Shown: piece by piece, positions 1-11,950 of the stretch | Layout of the letters: each line of letters starts with the position of its first letter | How positions within the stretch are numbered: position 1 is the stretch's first letter | Assembly (NCBI GenBank): GCA_002633005.1 | Contig: NMRA01000628.1 | Span: 166,359-230,358 of the forward strand | Direction: 5' to 3' | Length of the DNA: 64,000 nt | Source of the DNA: Phoronis australis | Taxonomy: Eukaryota > Animalia > Phoronida | Translations under genes and position numbers: made by a program | The notes under the pieces: model-generated | What the model was told of the DNA's origin: nothing | Database searches by the model: none | Seen by the model: the letters and a program-made list of their open reading frames with translations, nothing else

Positions 1-128
1 GGCTTTTCTTAAAAGGTCACGACCTCCGACCCCGGGCCTCTGACATAGAAAGTAGTTACAAAGCCGTGGAGAGTCAGAAAAGGTAAATCGATTCATTGCA
101 ATGTTTCTCGTTTAGTATGTGGTATAAA

Positions 129-290
129 TAGATTATTACATGTTCTCAGCCGTTATCCCCCTTATCTAGAGCCCTCGTGGATTTTGGAGAATTATCACCC
201 TCGGGGCTAACGCCCCTCGGGCGATAATTCACCAAAATCCACTCGGGCTCTAGATAACGTGGGATAACGACTTCGCCATGTAATAATCTA
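129..290. mobile_element. Hairpin MITE, about 160 bp
   Basis: Almost fully palindromic tagattattacatg...catgtaataatcta with loop ggggctaacgcccc. Confidence 0.85.
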
Positions 291-525
291 TATATATGAG
301 GGATTTTTTTAGAGTTTTAAAACACTCTCTAAAGTACTTACAAAAATCATTTTCTAGAAGTCCTACAAATCCTGGCCCACCACCTACGTGTCGCTGGGAC
401 ATTCCCAAATGAAATGAATTCTCGATATGAAAATAGTATTCATATGTACGTAGGATAACCTATATATACTCAATAGCTCATTTGTATCTACTTTCAAAAA
501 AGTCAAAATTTGGCACTTAATACCT

Positions 526-1049
526 TTTATCCCATACGCGTTGAATAAGTTGAGGGAAATACGGCCATGTAATAATGTTTTCCGTATTCACCTCACGTAC
601 TTCAACAGCGACCTCTGACATGGAAAGTTTAAAAGGTACATAATGTAGGTCAATGTCGACTCGACGTCGATTGCCACTTCGATCACCAAACGTTCGGAAA
701 ATAGTTTAAAGTAATGCAATATGCAACAGTGTGAGTAACACTCAACATGCAATCAGCTCTCAATCGTAACATCTGGAACAGGACTGTTAATTATATGACA
801 GTTCTGTTTCAGTTTTCAAATGCTAAATATTATATCGTCTGCAACTCAGGCGCCGATTCCTCGGTATAAATATAACATGACAGATTGTTGTTATTTAACA
901 ATTTTCAGATGTTACAAGTTCAATGTAAAGTTATAGTTGCTTTCATCTTCTTTCAAGTATTAAATCGCTACATTTAAAAAGTGTTTCTTTTACTAGAGAA
1001 AACTTGCAACCTTAAGCGCAAGTACATACATGTACATAAAGGATGTGAT
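526..1049 (+). repeat. About 520-bp interspersed repeat, inverted copy at 17707-18229
   Basis: Shared blocks such as atacggccatgtaataatgttt, atgtaggtcaatgtcgact and tgctaaatattatatcgtctgcaactc. Confidence 0.85.
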
Positions 1050-3134
1050 CCGCCACGTGAATAGTGAGAGTGAAGTACATGTATTTAAAAAAACGGCAAA
1101 AATGAAAGAGTCTTAGGAATTTGATGCGTGCTTTATAAATACAAAACGTGCGTCGATTGGCGTAGATGAAGTAATATCCCACTCGACATTATTCCACGTA
1201 TTGATCTCGGTACGTTTTGTGTATATATTCCGGGAAATGTGTTTCATGCTTGATAAAAAACGTCGTCTCGTGCATTTTAACAGACTCTTTCAAACACTGT
1301 TGGCAGCATTAAACGAACTGAACAGATAAAAACAACGGTCAGAAAATAATTTTTTACAAAAACCACACCGCCACGCAGTGGAAGAATGTGAAACTACCCA
1401 TAATTACAAATGCCACTGCCGTATTGATGTGTGCACTGAGCACGTGACTAGTTTAGGTTTTGAGTTGATTAAAGGGATCGAGTATGAGAAGGTTGGTGAT
1501 AATTTGCTAACAAAAATGTGATGATGAAACAGGAATTGTCACTAATATAGTAAGAAACCTGAAGGTGGGTGGAAAGTGGAGCCCAAATCATGAATAATTT
1601 TCACTTTTACCACAGATACACAAGCATGTCCAAACGTATCAGTCCAACGGACAAATTCAACTTTGCAAAACTCTGGAACCCTTTTGCCAACAATTTCCTC
1701 CACTGGCTTCCTGGGGCCAGTCTACAAAGTGAAGTAAAACGCCATTTCAACATTAACGTGTTTGATCACTATTTACCAGATTAGTGCAGTTTTACTTTTC
1801 ACTTGCTCGTTTTTGTCTATTGAGGTATCCTAATATTTCGTCGAACCCAGGACCTCATTCACTCTGCAGCCTGTAGCTTAAATAGCGTCGCAACGGACCA
1901 GCGCTTTTTACTACATTAAATTAAGCCTATTTAGATTCATTACGACTTCTAACAAGAAAATTCTGAAAGAGATGCACAGTTTAATAAATACCTGTACATA
2001 AGCAATAGGGGCGCCAGGGTGATTTCCTACCAACAAACATTTGTTGTGGTCAACCTAAGCACGCCATGTCATTCGGCAACCTGCTTGACAATCGATATTT
2101 GAAAGTAGAAGCCCCCTAACTCCGCCGCCAATAAACCAAAATATACAACTTTCCAAACAAGGTGATGATAGAAATTCTGATTGACAATAAACGGAAAACG
2201 CTCTGAGGAGCGGCACTTAGCGAAATCATATAAAAAATCTGAACTGCTGTCGACGGTGAACCAAGAACAGTAACAATTTTAACACCAACGCCCACGACAA
2301 ACATCAAAACAACAAAATTGCATCAAAGAATCAGTCACCGGAAGTGTACTCATTAAAATCCCGAATACCAAGAAGTCCAAGAAAAACGAACTTTCAATGA
2401 CGTGTAAAGTTTTAATTTACAAGCAATAAATGTTAAAATACGTACTTTAAAGACAGTTATAAGTCATTGTATCATTCAGAGAGGTTTCGTTTAGTTGTAT
2501 AATCCTCTACAAGGTTTTTAAGAACAAATATCAGTAATACGTAAAAATGAAACAGTAATATAAACAAGAAGTCAAAACATGTCCGATAACGATAGCTTCT
2601 CCATCTTGAGTGGAGTAAGGGTTAAGATGAGAGATTGTTCCAGAATAATCGAGTTGTCAAAAATATTATAATATTCACCCGGAGTAGAACTGGACAGCAG
2701 GAATCCACAAGTCGAACACAAATGTCTGGTTGGAGGTGACACAGGCAAAAGAAGTCAAAGAGCGTGGCAAATGTGTTCCAAACCAGCGCTTATTCAAAAC
2801 CTGAGGCGCATTTTAGACCAACTGAACGGCGGTGTGTTTTTACCAGTAAACATTGTTTTGAACGGTACTTGTTTCACAGTTTGAAAATTATATCCGGGGA
2901 GTGCATTTTATTGGCTAACTCGTGATTTTGTCATCTTGCAACACATCTAGTCCTTTTTGACTGATGTTAAAGGGGAATGCCACCAGATTTAATTAGTCTT
3001 TTTGCCGACTTAATCGGTCTATATCCACATCGCCTCTTATACGGTCGACCTCATCTTGCCAAGAGGTGTCGCGTTAACCTGTGAGAAAGGTGGAGAAGCG
3101 ACGCAGCGACGTCAGTGGTTCGTATGCAGAGTGA

Positions 3135-3464
3135 ATGCCGCTATATTGCAGTGCATCGGTTCCCGCTTGTCCGAGCTATGAAGCTGCGAAGAAAGTGGGT
3201 ATATCGTTTTATCGGCTTCCTCGAGAGCCTGAAATGCTTAGGAAATTGCTCGCAGTAGCGAAGAATGAAAAATATGCTGTTAATAGCAAGTATGAGGGCG
3301 TGAAACATCTCCCTGTCTGGGGCCGGCATTTAGTTGAAAGTGATTTCTCTGACGAATTCCGGCTTACAAAAGAACTATCCATGCATTCCGTTGCCTATGC
3401 ATGTTCAGGACGCCTCTCTAGTATTTTGGATCACTGTATACTGGTTTTAATTGATAGCCTGTGA
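3135..3464 (+). pseudogene. Degenerate THAP domain
   Basis: MPLYCSASVPAC..ISFYRLP..VWGRHLVESDF fits the THAP pattern, but the conserved W and the third Cys (VC to VW) are lost. Confidence 0.75.
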
Positions 3465-4089
3465 AACCTAAGGATCCGACCCGTGAAGTCTTCGTCAGAT
3501 GAGCTCTTGACTAAATCGGGATTGGCGCAGAGCGAGTTGCCATGCAGACGTTTATTATTCTGCGTTATGTTTCAAAATGAATTATTCTCATCCTAAAATG
3601 ATCCTAACCAATGCTTATAAGAAACTGTCAGTCTCATTAAATACAATTTGTAATGCCTTGAAGTGCTCGTGAGTAAAAATGTTTTGAGAAGCCAGCAATG
3701 AATAAACCACTGCGTTACCGGTTTTTGATGCCGGCTACAAAGGACACCGAGGCCGTGTGAGCGCATGCTAATTCAGCGTTTGCTGACAGTAAGCTGTTGT
3801 GAAACAATTACTCGATTTTATATGCTATTGTCACATGTTAGGGGAATCTTTATTTAGAAATACAAATACATTATTCAAATCATTGTTACTGTACAACCTT
3901 TGCCCTGACGGTCTGTGGAAGGGGAAACCGACTTCGCGGACCCCGACAAGTAAGTAGATTTTCAGTTTCTTAGCTAATTCACACAAATAATTACGTGCAC
4001 ATAATTTCTTTGGCTCACAATTATAGTCTTTTCGTGACTGGGGGTTTAGTTTTCAACTCAAGCTGGTGTATAATTGTGCCACTCACGGT

Positions 4090-4191
4090 GGCCGCGACGG
4101 GCCTGATCGGGTTTCGAGCCACTGGCCGGTACATGTATAACGAGTCAGTCCGGCCGCGACGGGCCTGATAGGGTTCCGTGCCACTGGCCGG
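4090..4191 (+). repeat. 40-bp direct duplication
   Basis: ggccgcgacgggcctgat.gggtt.cg.gccactggccgg occurs twice. Confidence 0.85.
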
Positions 4192-5204
4192 GATAAAAAG
4201 CGGTTTGTGTGTTTAGAACTAAAAAATCACAATTATAAACAACACAGATCTAGCTTCTCCTGTCTGCATTTCACGGAAGAACACTTCAAATTTATCTCCG
4301 TACAGACCCCAAACTCCTGCTACAGACCTTGGTAAATTGGCCTGCCGAACTTTGGAGGCTACGGTGTGTCCAAATACTGTACCAGTAAATCCGTAGCAGC
4401 GAAATAAAGCAACACGTTTTCATAACAATGTGGTGTATTTTAAGTGTTTTACATCGAAGTTTGATGATTTATTGGTGTTAAATGATGAATTCAAGCGCAA
4501 AGCTAACACTACTAACCCGTGTTGTGAACTGCTAAACAGAATACGTGTTAAACCAATTACGTCATTGGATAATTTCAACACCTCCGTCTGCCGTCAAGTG
4601 TCAGGTAACGCAACCGAACCTGCCGTTATTGATCTAATTTGATACAAAATAGGTTGTTTTTGGGTGGCATTCTTTAAATTAACAGTAGACCGTAGACGAT
4701 ACAGTAAAATGCGAATTGTTGTCACCGTTATGCTTTCAATTAGACTTGAATTACTGTCCCGGCGCTAACATGTATTTGAGACCCGGTGCTTTCAGAAATT
4801 TATATGATAAAACGGATCACGGATGTTGGCTTCGAGTGCGTCGGACGAAAACAAATCAAAAGTGGCCGCTCGGACACCTGGACCCACCCGACGTCTTTTT
4901 ACCTTTGGTCCCAAGACGGAAAAGCGCGGAGTTGTTTTCTGGAAGTGATGAAGTCTCTTTTATCGGAACAGACTAAACAAATTGTAAACCGTTTTCACCA
5001 AATAGTGGAAGAAACAGACATAAAATCGAGTCAATCACAAGTCGGCTGGGCTATTGCCGAATTCGATGGCGAAATAAATGCTACCCTAAACTGGGCTTAA
5101 TACTAAGCTGTGGGCTCAAGTATTGGCTTCCGGACGATCATAAACATATACAATTAGACCTGAATTGGGCAAACTTCATGAGACGTGGATTTTTTCTCTT
5201 TTTT

Positions 5205-5700
5205 AGTGGGAATAACTGAATTAGTTGAAATGCATATTTGGTGTCTATCAAGTTGTGAGCCTGTTTGCTGACGTTATGTACGTTATATATCAGCCCGCAG
5301 ATGGCGCAGCGATTACTGGGAATAGTTGGATTAGTTGAAATGCGTGTTTTGTGTACCTGAAGTTGAGATGCAGGTGGCGGAGCAATTAGTGGGAAAAGTT
5401 GAATTAGTTGAAATGCATGTTCAATGTCTCTTAAGTATTTTTGAACCTGTTGCTAACGCCATGTACCTTATCTACCAACCCACAGATGGCGTATCGATTA
5501 GTGGGAATAGTTGAATTAGTTGAAATGCGTGTTTGGTGACTTAAAATCGTAAGAGACTAAAGGTGGTCTGTACTCTACACTACGTACCACCCCACGGATG
5601 GTGCAGTGATAAGTGGGGATACTTAAATTAGTGGAAATGCTTATTTGGTGTTTTCAAAAGTTGTGAATCTGTTGTTGAGGTCATGTACGTTATCTAGCTG
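5205..5700 (+). repeat. About 110-bp satellite array, block 1
   Basis: Recurrent gggaatagttgaattagttgaaatgc...aagttgtga...atgtacgttat...gatggcgcagcgatta. Confidence 0.88.
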
Positions 5701-5944
5701 TCATGAGAGTCAATGACCTTAGAGCACAGTGTTTGTGTAACAAAGATGTGATCACCTTTCTGACAGCCCAGTTGTATAGTTTTTCAACAAACTGAATACT
5801 TGCGTAATGCAATTTCATGTCAAGGTAAAGAAAACTGGAAAATTGAATCATGAGATGCGGTATTATACCACAATATGAGCCTCGAATGGCCAATACGACC
5901 GTGGAATAACCAATTTAGTTATTAAACGGCATTAGATAACATTT

Positions 5945-6020
5945 TGGCGGGAATCGGGGCCGGTTTCTAACCCTCTCCGCAAGAGTTTTGAGTAGTCGAC
6001 TTTACCACTGCACCACTCAG
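5945..6020 (-). mobile_element. Possible degenerate tRNA-derived SINE head
   Basis: Minus strand reads gctgagtggtgcagtggtaaag...ggttagaaaccgg, which resembles A-box and B-box motifs at tRNA spacing. No intact cloverleaf. Confidence 0.35.
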
Positions 6021-6317
6021 CGGCTGACGTCATCGAACGTGATAAATAGAATACTGATAAGCGAGCACGCGCAATAATTGCATGTTCAACATAGGGCATT
6101 GTACCGATATTTCTACGCTATGAAAAATAAGATGCATAATTTCTATAAAAATCATAGTTTAATTCTGTTCAATTTATCTCTAATTTTCTCTCACTTGTAA
6201 ATCATCGATCACCAATTTGAATGGGGGTATCGTGTCGGCGGGATCCTTTGGCTATGGCATTATACTCAGTAAACAGTGGTAACCTACTTTAGCAGACGAT
6301 ATTTTTACGGTCAAAGC

Positions 6318-6472
6318 TTACATGTTCTCAGTCGTTATCCCCCTTATGTAGACCCTTCGTGGATTTCACAGAATTATGACCCTCGGGGCTAACGCCCCTC
6401 AGGAGATAATTCTACAAAATCCACTCGGTCTTTAGATTGCGGGTGATAATGTTTTCGCCATGTACTAATCTA
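6318..6472. mobile_element. Second, more diverged copy of the 129-290 hairpin MITE
   Basis: Same core ccctcggggctaacgcccctc and same arms. Confidence 0.85.
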
Positions 6473-6489
6473 TTTTTAACTTGATCTAC

Positions 6490-6925
6490 CCGTTATTTAA
6501 TGAATTCCCGCAGGTGACGCAGATATTAGTGTGAATAGTTGAAATACTTGAAAGGTGTATTCTGTGTGTCTTAAGTTGTGAGCCTCTTGGTGACTCCATA
6601 TACATGTACCTTATCTACAAGCCACAGGTGGCGCAGCTATTACTGGGAATAGTTGAGTCAGCTGAAATGCATGCTCTGGCATCTCTCAAGTCGTAAGACT
6701 GTTTCTGACGTCATGTACATGTACGTTACCTGCCAGCCGAAAGATGGCCCAGCGATTAGTGAGAATATTTGACTTAGTTGATATGCGTGTTCTGTTTATC
6801 TCATGTTGAGAGCGTTTTGCTGGCGTAATGTACGTTATCCACTTGCTATTACAAGGCGCAGCGATTGCAGGGAATATTTAAATAGGTTAAAATGGGTGCT
6901 CTATTTGCCTCTTTAAGTTGTTAAC
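6490..6925 (+). repeat. About 110-bp satellite array, block 2
   Basis: Same unit as 5205-5700, about four copies. Confidence 0.85.
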
Positions 6926-6989
6926 CTTCCTTTCACGTAGTTTCCTTCGTCTAATTGAGTTCCTGTTTGGGAAAGTTTCATGAAAAACA

Positions 6990-8168
6990 ATTTCGATAAT
7001 TGTTTGTTACACGTACGCAAACTCGCGGTAGAAGGACAGTTTATTGAAGAATTGGTGAACAAATACACTGGCCAATTGATGACGCAACATTTTATGTCAC
7101 CGAAAGGCGACAGGTGCGATCAATCCACAACTTTAGCAGTAGAGTAACGGTAGAACGCCATTTTTTCTAACACCTTTCAGTAATTAAGATTACTCAAGGA
7201 GGAGTGTAGATTTTAATGACACAAATTTGGGGTCACTTTTTATTCGGAACTCCAACCACAGTTTGCACAACGCTATACATTTAGTATGCAACTTTCCACC
7301 AAGGCTATCTTAGTTGTATTTTGACGATAGTCTTCATACAGCTAGCTGGTTGGCTAACAGGATTGCACAAGGCTATGACAGAAGCCTGTCCTCTCCCTTT
7401 CTCACAAGAGATACATGCACAGTAGCCAGCCAGCTAGCTGTATGAAGACTGTCGTCGAAATACAGCTAGGTACCACTGTGTGAATTTCTTCCGTAGACCC
7501 CGAAATTGCACACAGCCAGGGTAGTTCTGCTCGTCACCTTGCCGTGAAACTTGCATCAGCGTGTAAAGCTAAAGACCGGACGGGGTGCATACAAAATCTG
7601 GAATCAACCGACACTCATTTTGCCCGTTACAGCCGTTTAAGTGAAAAACAATGCAATAAACGCAATTTTCTTGTGTAACTTTCCGCCTTTTCTAACAATG
7701 AAAAGTATGTTGTTGTTTTGAAGACAGTACGCTCGTGTCACGCGTACGCGCAATTTCCTAAATTTTTGGAACATCTCTCGGGAGATGCTGATAGGTAGGC
7801 AGCAGCATTTTTTCTTCTTAAATTCGGTTTTTCGATATCAAAATTCTAAAAATTTATAATGAGGTGAAACCAGCTCCGATAATTTGTTGTGACGTGTACG
7901 CAGCCTCGTAAAAGAAGAACAGTTGATTGAAGAATCGGCAAAAAGAAACTGGTCAATAGGTGAAGCAATATTTCGTGGCGCCGAAAGCCGTCGCTAAAGA
8001 TTGCTCCACAATTTCAGCAGCAGAATAACTGTAGAACGCATTTTTTCCAATACCGTTAAATAATTTAGTTTCCTCAAGGACACTAATTTTGTGTCAGATT
8101 TTATTTTACCACTTTTTTACCCATATCGGCGCAAAGCTGTATATTTAGTATACAGCTTTGTACCAAGG
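6990..8168 (+). repeat. Diverged 300-bp direct duplication (6990-7305 and 7876-8168)
   Basis: cgataatt...acgca...ttgaagaat...gtagaacgc...ctcaagga...ccaagg occur in the same order in both. Confidence 0.75.
7311..7468. repeat. Hairpin repeat; adjoining sequence has an inverted relative near 12620-12790
   Basis: agtcttcatacagctagctggttggcta / tagccagccagctagctgtatgaagact arms. gctcgtcacct..cgtgaaactt recurs reversed near 12665. Confidence 0.75.
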
Positions 8169-8214
8169 GTACATGCACAGGTGTTGGAAACAATAATAGA
8201 CTGTTATGTAGTTA

Positions 8215-9035
8215 CAGTCAAGTGACCTAATTATCGGACGTTTTGGCACATTTTGCATTATATTTAATTGAAAATATTACGGATTGTTGTAAATTCTTTG
8301 CTGAAATAAAGATTTACCTTCACGGAATTGTTCTGTTACTATATCTTGTCACTGAAAGCCACATTTATGTTCCGACTGATCTTCAAAAAACACAACAACC
8401 AAACCTTCGGAGAACCTAAATATCGGACACCATGTTTCTCCATACGCCACACCGCGGAAAACTGACTAACCACGTAATGGCCGCGGGCACCTTGTCGCCA
8501 AATTTCAGCTCTAGTGTTTTGACATTATATGCTGCTGAACCCAGGTCCATTCGCAACAAAATTATCCATGAAATGAAATCTGATGACGGCGCCAAGTCGT
8601 TTCGATGAATTAGTGCAGACGACTAAAGCACGTGCAAACTCACTGCAGTTTGTAGTATCACGTAGGCTTCTTGATATGACACCCGCACGTGCGCGGTCGG
8701 GGTTTGACTTGAGTTTAAAAACAAACGAAAAAATGGAACAGTGACATATTGTCAGTTCAATGAGATGGTTTCATTGTGGAAAAAGATTTTATTTTCAATT
8801 TTTATAACCGATTTATGCGATCGTCCATTTTAGGCAGACTTGGGGGTCTAAATTGCACCCGCTCTCGGTGAAATCAAAACGAGGCAACGCTGTAAAAAAC
8901 GAGACAGTGCCGGACATTGAATGCATTACAACGGAACAAAAATTGGTGTCATTTAATTCTCAGATTATGCTTCAAGTAAGATTCTATGAAATGTCCGATA
9001 TTTAGGTTCCGTCCGATAATTAGGTACACTATGTG
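8215..9035. mobile_element. Tc1/pogo-type non-autonomous element
   Basis: ta|cagtcaagtgacctaattatcggacg ... cgtccgataattaggtacactatgtg|ta. Inner repeat aacctaaatatcggaca (about 8413) / tgtccgatatttaggtt (about 8992). Confidence 0.75.
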
Positions 9036-9324
9036 TATACCGAAAATATCGATGACTCCAAACCATCAATTACGCTACCGTTTCGATTTATTAGCTCTTG
9101 CGCGCCCTTGTCGTTGTTCCCATCGTGAGTACAAGGACTGAAACGTAAAGTGTATAACAGTTCGATGTTTCATCTTGGAGCAGAGAGCACAAAGCATGCG
9201 ACTTGACGAACTGGCCAAAAGAATGTTCTGTAGAATTGTCAGTTGTAATCTGCGTCTTTTCGATTTCCCATACCTGAGGAAAATGCAACGTTTCAGCAGA
9301 TGAAGCTGCAGAAACGCTTGCCAA

Positions 9325-10065
9325 TCATTCGTTAGTTTCGTCGCTGTCTGTTTTCGCCAATTCCATAATCTTCAGCGCTGTTCGTCGGTCTATGTAACTG
9401 CGTTCATGTTCATATTCCTCTCGGCTATTCGAGTCACTGACGGCGTAACTGGGGTATTCCTGCACGGTTGACAATCGCTCCACCACGGGATAATACAACG
9501 GGTTGACTTCACGGGCATGTGCACCCGTCTCTTCAGTCATATCTGGTTGCGATGGAGGCGATGTTGATACAAGATCTTGTCGTTGCCTGGAGGTAAGCAT
9601 GTGATCGCTGTCTCCACTTGGAACATTGACGTTGATTACACTGTCGCTTACACTTCGAATCAACGGAGTAGTTCGCTTTGACCGATTGCGCTCGGCGGAG
9701 TTAGAATCCATTGTCGAAATTCTTAGTGCACCTAAATCGTGTAGAATCTCTTGCTCCACGTCTATGAGACTCGGTTCTTTCCAAAACTCACTGTGCGCTT
9801 CTAGTTCGTTTAGTATAGCAATTACGGTTCTAAATCCACACAGTTCTCTCGACCACGCTTCGAAATCTTTAATGCCTACAATTCTGTACACAACTTCTTT
9901 GACTTTATCAGCGTTGACGTTCTCTTTCTCGGCGAAGAAAGATATTAATCTCTCACCTTTATGATACGATTTTTGCGTGGATTTAAACATCCAAGTTCGC
10001 CCATCTTTCTTGTAGTTTGTCTTTAACAAAAGTGCTGGGTAATGCCACCCTTCTTCTAGCTGCAT
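9325..10065 (-). CDS. Uncharacterised intronless ORF, 246 aa
   Basis: 741-nt ATG-started frame in AT-rich DNA, A at -3. Helical-looking N-terminal half, Ser/Pro/acidic C-terminal half. No family recognised. Confidence 0.55.
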   Translation of the reverse strand: MQLEEGWHYPALLLKTNYKKDGRTWMFKSTQKSYHKGERLISFFAEKENVNADKVKEVVYRIVGIKDFEAWSRELCGFRTVIAILNELEAHSEFWKEPSLIDVEQEILHDLGALRISTMDSNSAERNRSKRTTPLIRSVSDSVINVNVPSGDSDHMLTSRQRQDLVSTSPPSQPDMTEETGAHAREVNPLYYPVVERLSTVQEYPSYAVSDSNSREEYEHERSYIDRRTALKIMELAKTDSDETNE

Positions 10066-11634
10066 AGTGTATAAAATACTTGGAAGCTCTGTGAGCGTTC
10101 TACCAACTCACGCGAATATTTGCACGAAACGTTACATCAGTGCCTCAGTGGTAGTCTCGAGAAGTCATACATGTACAAGTAGGTCACGTTAATTAAGACG
10201 CATTCCCGCCATTCGGCTTGAATGGTTCTAAATACGCTTTATTAGTTTTTAAGGTTTCGACTCGTGTACTACATGTATAACTGCATAACTTAAAATTTTA
10301 CGGACGAGTCGCAAAGTGGCCCCTAATTGTCGTGAAGAGCTACAACCCGCGACTGGTTACCGAATATGAAACTTCTCGCCGTTGTACTATCAAATCTACT
10401 GTATTGTTCACGACTTTTGCTATCAGCCGACCTTAAAAGTTTTAACTTCGGTATCCCGGTGGTCTATCGGCGTGCACCTTGTTGCGACATACATGTATAC
10501 TTTCGCGCTCGACACCGATTGTCGAGTGCGACAAAATTTTCTTTACTGGACTATCATTAGCTTTTAAACATGTGGGTTGAATTTAGTTTTGGGGAAGGTA
10601 TACAATCCGTGAAAGAAAACGCATCGCTTTTTAAACATTTGCTCACCGGTCATGCCACAGATCGCTTTTTCAACACTTTGTCATCCGTCACGCCACAGCA
10701 TCAGAATGTTCCGCTTTATGACATGCACGACAAAATTTGAGGGGGGCTCCATATAAAAACCAACAGGTAGAGTCTATACCCAAAATCACAGACTTTTTGA
10801 AACTTTGCACATGAGTTTGGTTTGGTGAGATGTAGAAAAATTTCGCTTTTTTAAAAATTTTCATCCTTTAGTTCTCTTTTTATGGCATGCACCTCCATTT
10901 TGCAACAACATTGGGAATTTGGGCTCCGGAGTAGACATGTTTGAATTCATTTTAAAGCATGTATAGCTTGCTGGTAACAAATGAGTGATACTGTTTTAAA
11001 GGATTATGAATGAATAATTTTATGACATGTCTTTCAAAATTCATTTTCAGATTTGTATACGTCGATTCTGTTTGGCAAAACGATAATTGTACAGGTTTTC
11101 ACTGAGGCCAATTTCGGCTGACTTTGGCACTCTGTAGCAGCCATATTGCACTTTTCCAAAAACTTACCTTAATAATTTGTTTAGTCTTTCCTAACCTCTT
11201 TATAATCAACCACCAATAGAGGGCCTCTTGAAACGTGTAATAAGCTTGAAAAAAAAACGTAAAAGGCTTGTATTTTAGACATAAAGGCAGACAGCACTAC
11301 TAATTACAATTCTCTCAAAGCCACACTGATAATTATTGCTTATTACAAAAATTATCAACGTAAATCATGACTGGCATGTGTGTTTCTTCTAAATGATAGA
11401 TGGCGTAGCTGTTTGTTAACATGGAGACTGGACGTGACTACCAGCCCAATCTGCCGTACTCGTGTTTTTATCTTCGGTGTGAGAGCCACTGACAAAGGAA
11501 GAAAGGCACCTAAGGGGGGTTTGGTCCTGTGCTCAGTGCAAAAATCTTAAACTTCGTTCTCGGTCGATACGCGGAATAATGTCTCGTGGGATATTACTTG
11601 ATGTACACCACTCCCGGTACGTTTTGTATAACAT

Positions 11635-11950
11635 ATTTTTTCTAAAAGGATGTAAAGAACTCAACCTAAATGGAAATAGGGTTTTATTGGAAATAGTATT
11701 AGAATTTCTTTTTAATATTAAATCGCTTTCTCTGAGTCGATAAAATGGTATACATTTACATTTAAACATCTTATTGTGTATGAAAATGATTTATTTATAT
11801 TCGTAATCATCTGTGAGTGTAATATTTCTATTAGCTTATTAATTTATGAGTTTGTGTATCATTGTATAAAGATTTCTTTGTATTTATTTAACCCAGATAC
11901 AATGCTACTTGGCGCTTACTGAGTCTGTATATTTATTTTACTGAATATAT
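11635..11950 (+). mobile_element. Old 3'-end remnant of a related CR1/L2-group LINE
   Basis: FLKGCKELNLNGNRVLLEIVLEFL resembles the ORF2 C-terminus LLNGSPNLDFVLNEFLLSNVSKFL. AT-rich tail has aacccagatacaatgct, matching aacccagatataatgct in the 22.7-24.6 kb LINE. Confidence 0.65.

Larger units (their letters stand above)
2971..4673 (+). mobile_element. Kolobok-type non-autonomous element with THAP relic
   Basis: TTAA at 2967-2970 and 4674-4677. Ends aggggaatgccacc / ggtggcattct. THAP ORF inside. Confidence 0.7.

Noticed and set aside
4716-5100. Overlapping 86- and 104-aa ORFs
   Set aside because: No recognisable motif or consistent exon structure.
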